Assembly (NCBI RefSeq): GCF_000179635.2
Contig: NC_014833.1
Location: 1,170,001-1,202,000 of the forward strand
Direction: 5' to 3'
DNA: 32,000 nucleotides
Origin: Ruminococcus albus 7 = DSM 20455
GTDB lineage: Bacteria; Bacillota; Clostridia; Oscillospirales; Ruminococcaceae
In this document: piece by piece, positions 1 through 7,246 of the stretch
Numbering within the stretch: the stretch's first letter is position 1
How the letters are laid out: every line of letters starts with the position of its first letter
The notes under the pieces: generated by a model
Database searches by the model: none
What the model was told of the DNA's origin: nothing
Seen by the model: the letters and a program-made list of their open reading frames with translations, nothing else
Made by a program: the position numbers and the translations under genes

Positions 1-432
1 AAACATTTCAACTGACCGATCATCAGGTGTATCATCGCTGGCGAGATCTCTGATATATGAATCCCATATCTTTTTTTCGTCTGCATTTTCGGTAAGAAGA
101 ACGGCTAATTTCAGGAGCTGATCGGGATATGCATCAATAACGTGAACGATCTCTTTAGGATCAGCATGACCTTTATCTCCGTACACAAAAATGGATAATC
201 TCCCGTCAGAGTAAAGAAAAGCCTGGACAGCGCCAAGCTTTTCGCTGTCGTTGTAGAAAATAAAAAAGCAAGGGAAATGCTCGTTGACGAACCAGTCGAA
301 AGCAGTTCCGTTTTTCCCGTTCATATAGAAAACAGCACCATTATCTTCCAAATCAGCTGTATTTATATCCGGAAGATTGATTTTCAGTGCCTCTTGCATA
401 TATTTCTCTATCTGCACCAATATCTTATTCAT
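1..432 (-). CDS. hypothetical protein, partial (C-terminal part lies beyond the left window edge)
   Basis: Minus-strand frame opens at ATG 432-430 (MNKILVQIEKYMQEALKINLPD...). It stays open for all 144 codons to position 1. It is absent from the ORF track because it has no in-window stop. No family recognised. Confidence 0.6.
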   Translation of the reverse strand, partial: MNKILVQIEKYMQEALKINLPDINTADLEDNGAVFYMNGKNGTAFDWFVNEHFPCFFIFYNDSEKLGAVQAFLYSDGRLSIFVYGDKGHADPKEIVHVIDAYPDQLLKLAVLLTENADEKKIWDSYIRDLASDDTPDDRSVEMF

Positions 433-607
433 ATCACTTCACCGTCCAATGAGTATATTTGTACACATTATAGCATTATGCGGCAGAAATGTCAATAAAC
501 CTGAAATAGTAACTGTGACCTTTGATTTCTATATCAGTGCTGCAGTGTCACTGCAAATTCTTTCTGCATAGACTATAAAAAACAAAACGGAAAGGAAGTG
601 CCACAAA

Positions 608-823
608 ATGAAAAAAACTATTATAACCATGAGCAGCATAACCTATGCCATGAAAGCAAAGGAATATCTGAATTCGCTTGGCTATTGGTGTGAGGTGGAG
701 CGCACTCGGAAAAATATAGGCAGCGGCTGTGGGTATTCAATAGTAGTGCGGGATGATGCTGATATCATCATACGCCAGCTGGAGCGCGTTAATATCCCGT
801 ATAAAGGGATATACAGCGTATAG
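608..823 (+). CDS. DUF3343-like small protein (putative sulfur/selenium carrier)
   Basis: 71-aa ORF with a purine-rich SD (GGAAAGGAAG) about 9 nt upstream. The pattern ...SSITYAMKAKEYL...GSGCGYSIVV fits the DUF3343 pattern as I remember it, including the conserved SGCG cysteine. It lies 10 nt upstream of a desulfurase-type gene. Confidence 0.65.
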   Translation: MKKTIITMSSITYAMKAKEYLNSLGYWCEVERTRKNIGSGCGYSIVVRDDADIIIRQLERVNIPYKGIYSV

Positions 824-833
824 GGGGGATGGT

Positions 834-1973
834 ATGGAACTAAAAAACATGGTGAATTTTGATAATTGCGCGGGTACTTATCCTAAGCCTGACAGTGTGC
901 GTAAGGCTGTTTCCGATGCAGTGAGGGTACTTGGGGGAAATCCGGGCAGGGGAGGGCACAGGCTGTCACTTGAAGCAGCTGAACGTATTTACGGTGTGAG
1001 AAAAAGTGCGGCAGAGTTCTTTGGCGCTGAAACGGAAAACACGGCATTTACGCCAAACTGTACCTACGCCCTGAATATGGCGATAAAAGGGATAATGCAG
1101 TTCGGCGGGCATATCATAATAAGCGGCTGGGAGCATAATTCCGTCAGCAGACCTGTATATGCCCTTACAAAGCGCTGCGGAGTGAAATGTTCGGTGGCTG
1201 AGATATTTGCAGATACGGGGAAAACTGTTGAGAGTATCGAGAAGCTTATTCGCAGCGATACTCTGTGTGTGTGCTGTATGGCGGCTTCAAATGTCACGGG
1301 AAGGATAATGCCATACAAGGAGATAGCAGAACTGTGTAAGCGCAGAAATATAGCTTTTATCTGTGACTGTGCACAGGCAGCGGGTGTTCTGCCGCTGAAG
1401 GTAGGAGATGGTATCAGCTTTATATGTACCTCCGGTCAGAAAGGGCTTTACGGTCCCACAGGGACGGGACTTCTTATAAGCAGCGGAGAATTACCTCTTT
1501 CGACGATAATCGAGGGAGGTACGGGAGCAACATCAGGGGAACTGGAACAGACTCCGTTTATGCCTGAAAAGCTTGAAAGCGGCACACTGAATACCGCAGG
1601 TGTGACTGGACTTGGTGCGGGGCTGGGATTCGTCAAAGCTAAGGGCATTGATAATATCCTGCGGCATGAAATGGAGTTGTGCAAACGATTTGAGCAAGGT
1701 CTTTTAAAGCTTGGTGCAGAGGTCTATGACAGCGATATTCTTCGGGTGCCGATAGTGGCATTTAATATAAAAGGCAAGACTTCTGAGGAAACGGCTGCGG
1801 AACTCAGCAAAGCCGGATTTGCTCTGAGGGGTGGTATGCACTGCGCGGCACTTGCCCATGAAAGTCTGGGTACGGGTAAACGGGGAGTTGTAAGGTTCTC
1901 GCCGTCGGTGTTCAACACCCATGTACAGGTGAGCGAACTTCTTGGTTTTATTGAAAACAGGCTGTGCGTATAA
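834..1973 (+). CDS. class V aminotransferase-fold cysteine desulfurase / selenocysteine lyase family protein
   Basis: Same frame as ORF-track 753..1973, with the start moved to ATG 834 (G-run 824-829 as SD). The 753 start would overlap the upstream gene. PLP-lysine motif TSGQKGLYGPTGTG and active-site cysteine motif RGGMHCAA are typical of the SufS/CsdA group. Confidence 0.85.
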   Translation: MELKNMVNFDNCAGTYPKPDSVRKAVSDAVRVLGGNPGRGGHRLSLEAAERIYGVRKSAAEFFGAETENTAFTPNCTYALNMAIKGIMQFGGHIIISGWEHNSVSRPVYALTKRCGVKCSVAEIFADTGKTVESIEKLIRSDTLCVCCMAASNVTGRIMPYKEIAELCKRRNIAFICDCAQAAGVLPLKVGDGISFICTSGQKGLYGPTGTGLLISSGELPLSTIIEGGTGATSGELEQTPFMPEKLESGTLNTAGVTGLGAGLGFVKAKGIDNILRHEMELCKRFEQGLLKLGAEVYDSDILRVPIVAFNIKGKTSEETAAELSKAGFALRGGMHCAALAHESLGTGKRGVVRFSPSVFNTHVQVSELLGFIENRLCV

Positions 1974-1981
1974 ATGAAAGA

Positions 1982-2005
1982 CCCCACAGGACGTATCCTG
2001 CGGGG
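1982..2005. terminator. hairpin between convergent genes (candidate bidirectional terminator)
   Basis: ccccacagga-cgta-tcctgcgggg forms a 10-bp stem with one G-U. It is flanked by short A/T runs on both sides and lies between stop 1973 (+) and stop 2023 (-). Confidence 0.5.
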
Positions 2006-2022
2006 CTTTGCATTATATAAAT

Positions 2023-2232
2023 TTACTTCCGTTTCTTGAATACCACTGCAACGCAGCCTGCCAGCGCAATACTGACTGTAGCAAGTGTTGCAGCACCTGT
2101 ATCAGGATTTATATTCTGACCGGTGACAGCTTTTTCACCTGCGTTTTCGGTATTCTCATCAGCCCATACAGGCACAGCTGCAGAACACAGCATCATCGTG
2201 CAGCATAGTAATGAAACGAGCTTTTTCTTCAT
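2023..2232 (-). CDS. very small secreted protein with C-terminal sortase-type sorting signal (NPDTG + TM + KKRK)
   Basis: 69 aa. SD AAAGGAG lies 7 nt upstream of the ATG. N-terminal signal peptide MKKKLVSLLCCTMMLCSAAVPVWA/DE. C-terminus is NPDTG-AATLATVSIALAGCVAVVF-KKRK. Confidence 0.7.
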   Translation of the reverse strand: MKKKLVSLLCCTMMLCSAAVPVWADENTENAGEKAVTGQNINPDTGAATLATVSIALAGCVAVVFKKRK

Positions 2233-2294
2233 ACCGTTTCACTCCTTTGCTCGGTAATGGGATATAATTTTTCGCATCATTTTCCTATATCATT

Positions 2295-2323
2295 ATTTTA
2301 TCACATATCTATCACAGATTCAA
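2295..2323 (-). promoter_or_regulatory. sigma-A type promoter for the small sorting-signal gene
   Basis: Minus strand reads TTGAAT-17 nt-TAAAAT with a TGn extended -10. Confidence 0.5.
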
Positions 2324-2407
2324 GATGCACATTGAACAAATAACAAAGTATATTTATGGAGAATATCAACAGATGAAATTAATGGACAGTAAAGCTGTTT
2401 TCATATA

Positions 2408-2443
2408 TAAAAAGACACTTCTGCCGAAAGAGCAGAAGTGTCT
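2408..2443 (-). terminator. rho-independent terminator of pgk
   Basis: Perfect 12-bp stem agacacttctgc / gcagaagtgtct with a 7-nt loop. It is followed on the minus strand by a T-run and lies about 35 nt after the pgk stop. Confidence 0.8.
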
Positions 2444-2476
2444 GAAATTACATATCAAGCGATGTTTCGCGGATTA

Positions 2477-3697
2477 TTACTTGTCAGCGATAACGTCGAT
2501 GCCGGGGAGAACCTTGCCCTCGAGGTATTCGAGAGATGCGCCGCCGCCTGTGGAGATGTGGCTCATCTTGTCAGCGAAGCCCAGCTGGATAACTGCAGCT
2601 GCAGAGTCGCCGCCGCCGATGATAGTAGTAGCATCGGTCTCAGCCAGTGCCTTAGCAACAGCTATAGTACCTGCTGCCAGAGTGGGGTTCTCGAAAACGC
2701 CCATAGGTCCGTTCCAAACAACGGTCTTAGCGGACTTAACAGCCTCAGCGAACAGAGCCTGAGTCTTGGTGCCGATATCCAGACCTTCCTTGTCTGCAGG
2801 GATCTTGTCGGAATCAACGATCTCAACTTCAACCTCAGCGTCGATAGGATCAGGGAAGTTGGAAACAACTGTTGTATCGATAGGCAGAAGCAGCTTCTTG
2901 CCGTTCTTCTCAGCCTTAGCGATCATTTCCTTGCAGTAATCAAGCTTGGTATCGTCAACCAGGGACTTACCAACTTCCTTGCCCTGAGCCTTCAGGAAGG
3001 TGTAAGCCATACCGCCGCCGATGATGAGGGTATCGCACTTCTCGAGCAGGTTAGAGATAACGTTCAGCTTATCAGCAACCTTAGCACCGCCGAGGATAGC
3101 AACGAAAGGACGAACAGGGGTCTCAACTGCATTACCGAGATAGTTGATCTCCTTCTGCATCAGGTAACCAACTGCGGTCTCCTTTACGAACTTGGTAACG
3201 CCTGCTGTAGAAGCGTGAGCTCTGTGAGCAGAACCGAAAGCGTCCATTACGAATACCTGACCGTCAACCAGCTCAGCCAGTTCCTTAGCGAACTCCTCGC
3301 CGTTCTTGGTCTCGTCGTTGCCTCTGAATCTTGTGTTCTCCAGAACAACGATCTCGCCGTCCTTCATAGCTGCAACTGCTGCCTTGGCATTGTCGCCTAC
3401 AACAGTATCGTCAGCTGCGAAAGTTACCTTAGTGCTTACCAGCTCTGCAAGTCTGTCAGCAGCGGGCTTCAGGCTGAACTTAGCCTCAGGACCGTTCTTG
3501 GGCTTGCCCAGATGTGAGCAAAGAACTACCTTTGCGCCGTTCTCAACCAGCTTGTTGATAGTGGGGAGAGCAGCTGTGATACGGTTATCATTAGTGATAA
3601 CGCCGTCCTTCAGCGGAACGTTGAAATCAACTCTTACAAGGACCTTTTTGCCCTTAACATCAATGTCTTCTACAGTGACTTTGTTTAAACCTGCCAT
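2477..3697 (-). CDS. pgk: phosphoglycerate kinase
   Basis: 406 aa. N-terminus [23 protein letters not shown] and the overall sequence are unmistakably PGK. SD AGAGAGAGGTG lies upstream. Strong codon bias creates a long antisense shadow ORF. Confidence 0.97.
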   Translation of the reverse strand: MAGLNKVTVEDIDVKGKKVLVRVDFNVPLKDGVITNDNRITAALPTINKLVENGAKVVLCSHLGKPKNGPEAKFSLKPAADRLAELVSTKVTFAADDTVVGDNAKAAVAAMKDGEIVVLENTRFRGNDETKNGEEFAKELAELVDGQVFVMDAFGSAHRAHASTAGVTKFVKETAVGYLMQKEINYLGNAVETPVRPFVAILGGAKVADKLNVISNLLEKCDTLIIGGGMAYTFLKAQGKEVGKSLVDDTKLDYCKEMIAKAEKNGKKLLLPIDTTVVSNFPDPIDAEVEVEIVDSDKIPADKEGLDIGTKTQALFAEAVKSAKTVVWNGPMGVFENPTLAAGTIAVAKALAETDATTIIGGGDSAAAVIQLGFADKMSHISTGGGASLEYLEGKVLPGIDVIADK

Positions 3698-3775
3698 TTT
3701 AGTGACACCTCTCTCTTAATATTTCCGCCGGGGCGGATACTTTCCGTTGTTAAAGTTATAACAACTCCGAATTAT

Positions 3776-3804
3776 ATTATATAATATCACGGCAAAAAAA
3801 TCAA
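3776..3804 (-). promoter_or_regulatory. sigma-A type promoter for pgk
   Basis: Minus strand reads TTGATT-17 nt-TATAAT, about 80 nt upstream of the pgk ATG. Confidence 0.55.
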
Positions 3805-3891
3805 GAGGTTTTGGCTTATTTTTACCAATATTCCAAAAAAACAGTGCTGTTTTGTATGCCTATTATTCATTATTTTTTACTGTTCGGCATA

Positions 3892-4248
3892 TCAGCTGCG
3901 ACTGCTGCTGCGGAATACCAGTGAAGCGAGAAAAGCAAACAGCATAGCGGCTGCTATACCGCCTGCGCCTGCTGTAAGTCCTCCTGTGAATATACCAAGA
4001 AAGCCTTTGTCTTCTATCTCACGGCGGACACCCTCAGCCATCAGCGCACCGAAGCCTGTCAGCGGTACAGTTGCACCGCAGCCTGCGGCATCGCGGAATC
4101 CGTTGTATATCCCCAGCCCGCCGAGGACTACTCCTGATACTACATAAGCGGTCAGTATCCTTGCAGGGGTCAGTTTAGTGAAGTCTATGAGCAGCTGACC
4201 AATGGCACAGAGAGCTCCGCCTGCCAGAAATGCATATAGAAATATCAT
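3892..4248 (-). CDS. spoVAE: stage V sporulation protein AE (SpoVAEb-type small membrane protein)
   Basis: 118 aa. MIFLYAFLAGGALCAIGQLLIDFTKLTPA...GATVPLTGFG closely resembles B. subtilis SpoVAEb as I recall it. Its start overlaps the spoVAD stop (ATGA). Confidence 0.85.
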   Translation of the reverse strand: MIFLYAFLAGGALCAIGQLLIDFTKLTPARILTAYVVSGVVLGGLGIYNGFRDAAGCGATVPLTGFGALMAEGVRREIEDKGFLGIFTGGLTAGAGGIAAAMLFAFLASLVFRSSSRS

Positions 4249-5261
4249 TTTATAACACTACCTTTCTCGTGGGACAGCCATACCAGATGGCTCACTGAGG
4301 GTATGCTTTCGCCCTGCTGACTTACTGTCGGGGACAGAAGAGCACCCGTTGCGGCGAAAAGGATATTTTTGATCCTGCCGCTGCGAAGTTCAGGTATAAA
4401 GTATCCGCAGAGCATACTTGCCGCACAGCCACAGCCGCTGCCGCCCGAATGAACGTCCTGTTTTTCGCTGTCGTATATCATAAGTCCGCAGTCAAGGTGG
4501 CGGGAGCGTATATCCATACCTTCGTGCTCGAATATCTCACAAAGCAGTCTGCTGCCCACCTTGCCTAAGTCACCTGTGACTATATGGTCGAAATCTTCGG
4601 GGGATAAGTCTGTGTCCGTGAAAAATTCACTTATTGTAGAAAATGCAGCCGGAGCCATAGCGGCACCCATGTTGTTTGCATCTGTCACACCCATATCAAC
4701 TATACGTCCGATAGTCACGCCCCGTACATAGGGCGCACTTCCCTTGGAGGACACAGCCAGTGCTCCGCCTGCGGTAGCTGTCCACTGGGCGGTGGGGGGA
4801 CGCTGTCCGCCGTAGTTGAGGGGCATACGGTACTGTCTTTCGGCGGTACAGAAGTGTGATGATGTGACCGCCATAGCCATGTCTGCAAATCCTCCTGCGG
4901 TAAGCATGGAAGCCAGAAGAAGTCCTTCGGACATAGTCGAGCAGGCGGCGTAAATGCCGAGAAAGGGCAGGTCGTAGTCCCGCACGCCGTAGGTGGTGCC
5001 GACACACTGGTCAAGCAGGTCGCCGCCGATGAGAACATCAATGTCATCCTCCTTTAAGTTCGCTTTTTCCAGGGCTATGCGCACAGCCTGTTTCTGGAGC
5101 TGGTTTTCACCCTGTTCAAAGGTATCAGCAGTCAAATATGGGTCATCGTTTATTTTGTCGAAATACTTTCCGAACGGCCCTTCGTTCTCTGTTTTTCCGC
5201 CTACCGCCGCTGAAGTTACTATTGACGGCGGCTGATCAAATATAGTTGTTGCTTTGTGCAT
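4245..5261 (-). CDS. spoVAD: stage V sporulation protein AD (thiolase-fold, DPA-channel component)
   Basis: 338 aa of the expected length. The N-terminus ...PPSIVTSAAVGGKTENEGPFGKYFD and the thiolase-like core match the SpoVAD family. Translationally coupled to spoVAE. Confidence 0.85.
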   Translation of the reverse strand: MHKATTIFDQPPSIVTSAAVGGKTENEGPFGKYFDKINDDPYLTADTFEQGENQLQKQAVRIALEKANLKEDDIDVLIGGDLLDQCVGTTYGVRDYDLPFLGIYAACSTMSEGLLLASMLTAGGFADMAMAVTSSHFCTAERQYRMPLNYGGQRPPTAQWTATAGGALAVSSKGSAPYVRGVTIGRIVDMGVTDANNMGAAMAPAAFSTISEFFTDTDLSPEDFDHIVTGDLGKVGSRLLCEIFEHEGMDIRSRHLDCGLMIYDSEKQDVHSGGSGCGCAASMLCGYFIPELRSGRIKNILFAATGALLSPTVSQQGESIPSVSHLVWLSHEKGSVIK

Positions 5262-5283
5262 GGTATCATCTCCGTTTTGAATT

Positions 5284-5313
5284 TAGTATGGGCTGAGAAA
5301 ATGTTAATTATTC
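5284..5313 (-). promoter_or_regulatory. forespore sigma-G-type promoter upstream of spoVAD
   Basis: Minus strand reads GAATA-18 nt-CATACTA. This matches the B. subtilis sigma-G consensus GHATR-N17/18-CATXHTA. It ends 22 nt before the spoVAD ATG, with GGAG in between. Confidence 0.5.
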
Positions 5314-5318
5314 GTGTG

Positions 5319-5347
5319 TTGATTTTTTTTTTGCTATATGATATAAT
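5319..5347 (+). promoter_or_regulatory. sigma-A type promoter for the NUDIX-tgt unit
   Basis: TTGATT-17 nt-TATAAT with a TGn extended -10, back to back with the spoVAD promoter. Confidence 0.6.
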
Positions 5348-5397
5348 ATAACGAAATGCAGTGTGTCCGGACAGCAAAGAAAGGATATGGCACAATT

Positions 5398-5880
5398 ATG
5401 ATGGAAGATATGACCGCGCCCTGCGGTGACGGGCTGATAAATATACGTGTATGCGCCATAATACAGAAAAAGGGCAGACTGCTGATGGCTTACAGTGATG
5501 ATGCCGACTACTTGTATACAGTTGGCGGACGGGTAAAATTCGGTGAAACAGCCGGGCAGGCGATAGTCCGCGAAGTATTTGAAGAAACAGGCGTTAAGCT
5601 CGGTATCGACAGGCTCGGGTTCATTCAGGAGAATTATTTTTACGGTGATGTGCCGTCGAATAAGGGGAAACTCATATACGAGGTGGATTACTTTTTTTAC
5701 ATGAAAGTGCCCGAAGATTTCAAGCCCGTGGGTATGGATTTCAAAGAGGGCGATAACACTGAGCATCTTTGCTGGATAGACCCGATGACAGAGGAAAGAC
5801 AGTTCTATCCCGAGTTTTTCAGGACGGAGCTTTTTGAGCCTTTTGATGGCATAAGACATATTGTAACAGATGACAGATAA
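5398..5880 (+). CDS. NUDIX hydrolase
   Basis: Nudix box GGRVKFGETAGQAIVREVFEETGV (GX5EX7REUXEEXGU). ORF-track start 5356 lies only about 8 nt after the -10 element. I therefore prefer ATG 5398 (MMEDM...), preceded by GAAAGGA. Confidence 0.85.
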   Translation: MMEDMTAPCGDGLINIRVCAIIQKKGRLLMAYSDDADYLYTVGGRVKFGETAGQAIVREVFEETGVKLGIDRLGFIQENYFYGDVPSNKGKLIYEVDYFFYMKVPEDFKPVGMDFKEGDNTEHLCWIDPMTEERQFYPEFFRTELFEPFDGIRHIVTDDR

Positions 5881-5906
5881 TATAGATAAAAGTAAATGAG
5901 GTAGTT

Positions 5907-7055
5907 ATGTTCAAGTTATTAAAGCAAGAGGGTGCCGCAAGACGCGGTGAATTCAAGACGGTTCACGGAACTATACAGACTCCCGTTTTCATGAACGTGG
6001 GAACTTCTGCGGCGATAAAGGGCGGAGTGTCCTCAATAGACCTTAAAAACGAGCTGAAAACACAGGTGGAGCTCTGCAATACCTATCATCTTCATGTTCG
6101 TCCCGGGGACGATGTGATATACAAGATGGGCGGACTTCACAAGTTCATGAACTGGGATAAGCCCATACTTACCGACAGCGGCGGATTTCAGGTGTTCTCC
6201 CTTGCAAAGCTCAGGCGCATAAAGGAAGAGGGCGTGTATTTCAACAGCCATGTTGACGGCAGAAAGATATTCATGGGACCCGAGGAAAGTATGCAGATAC
6301 AGTCCCATCTGGCATCAACTATCGCTATGGCTTTTGATGAGTGCGTTGAAAATCCTGCGGAGTATAACTACTCAAAGCGTTCCTGCGAGCGCACCACAAG
6401 GTGGCTGCACAGGTGCATCGCGGAGATGAAAAGGCTCAACTCCCTTGAAGAGACCATAAACCGCGATCAGCTGCTTTTCGGCATAAATCAGGGCTGTACA
6501 TACGATGACCTGCGTATCGAGCATATGAAGACTATCCGCGAGCTTGACTACTGTGCAGGCTTCGCTATCGGCGGACTTGCAGTTGGTGAGCCTACGGAGA
6601 TAATGTACCACGTTATCGAGCAGGTTGAGCCTTATATGCCCAAGGACAAGCCCCGTTATCTTATGGGTGTTGGTACGCCCTCGAATCTTATCGAAGCTGT
6701 TTACCGCGGCATAGATTTCTTCGACTGTGTAATGCCAAGCCGAAATGCCCGCCACGGTACCATGTTCACATGGAACGGCATCATACATATCGAAAACAAG
6801 CGCTTTGAAACAGACGACCGTCCTGTTGACCCCCAGTGCGACTGTCCCTGCTGCCGCAATTTCAGCAGGGCTTATGTAAGGCACCTGTTCAAATCGGAAG
6901 AACAGCTGGGCGGCAGACTGGCGGTTATGCACAACCTCTATTTTTACAATACTCTCACCGAACGTATGCGTGAAGCCCTTGACGAGGGACGCTTCGGCGC
7001 ATTCAGGGCAGAGTATTCCGCTAAGCTGGCGCAGAGACTTCCTGACGGAGAGTAA
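5907..7055 (+). CDS. tgt: tRNA-guanine transglycosylase (queuine tRNA-ribosyltransferase)
   Basis: 382 aa. Contains TPVFMNVGT, LTDSGGFQVFSL and the zinc site CDCPCC...H. SD GAGG lies upstream. Confidence 0.95.
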   Translation: MFKLLKQEGAARRGEFKTVHGTIQTPVFMNVGTSAAIKGGVSSIDLKNELKTQVELCNTYHLHVRPGDDVIYKMGGLHKFMNWDKPILTDSGGFQVFSLAKLRRIKEEGVYFNSHVDGRKIFMGPEESMQIQSHLASTIAMAFDECVENPAEYNYSKRSCERTTRWLHRCIAEMKRLNSLEETINRDQLLFGINQGCTYDDLRIEHMKTIRELDYCAGFAIGGLAVGEPTEIMYHVIEQVEPYMPKDKPRYLMGVGTPSNLIEAVYRGIDFFDCVMPSRNARHGTMFTWNGIIHIENKRFETDDRPVDPQCDCPCCRNFSRAYVRHLFKSEEQLGGRLAVMHNLYFYNTLTERMREALDEGRFGAFRAEYSAKLAQRLPDGE

Positions 7056-7071
7056 CATAAAAATGATCATA

Positions 7072-7120
7072 CACAGCTTTTTCGCAGCAGTAATGCACAG
7101 CGGAAAAGCTGTGTTTTTTT
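7072..7120 (+). terminator. rho-independent terminator after tgt
   Basis: 14-bp stem cacagctttttcgc / gcggaaaagctgtg (one G-U) followed by seven T. Confidence 0.8.
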
Positions 7121-7171
7121 GAGAATGTAGGGACGATTTTCGGAATAGGAAAAGTGTAGTTTCAAAAATAG

Positions 7172-7200
7172 TTGACAAAACGGTTACAAAGAGGTATAAT
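7172..7200 (+). promoter_or_regulatory. consensus sigma-A promoter
   Basis: TTGACA-17 nt-TATAAT, a perfect match to consensus, 47 nt upstream of ATG 7247. Confidence 0.7.
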
Positions 7201-7246
7201 AATATCGGAACCTTGTGACTTATTATTGATTTCAAGGAGTGATATA

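Noticed and set aside
753-833. N-terminal extension of the desulfurase ORF (track start 753). The same issue applies at 7172-7246, 9715-9762, 14022-14042 and 5356-5397.
   Set aside because: The extensions overlap the upstream gene or lie inside or too close to predicted promoter elements. Internal ATGs with proper SD spacing fit better.
2438-3517. 359-aa + strand ORF (and 2325..2762, 3306..3719) across the pgk locus
   Set aside because: It is antisense to an unmistakable phosphoglycerate kinase gene. The product is low-complexity with no motifs, and there is no SD. This is a typical shadow ORF of a strongly codon-biased gene.
5308-5859. 183-aa minus-strand ORF overlapping the NUDIX gene
   Set aside because: The + strand frame carries a complete Nudix box and has a promoter and SD. 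The minus ORF would start inside tgt-proximal sequence and has no motif.
6372-7235. 287-aa minus-strand ORF opposite tgt
   Set aside because: It is antisense to a clearly identified tgt gene. It also runs through the tgt terminator and the consensus promoter at 7172-7200. No recognisable motifs.
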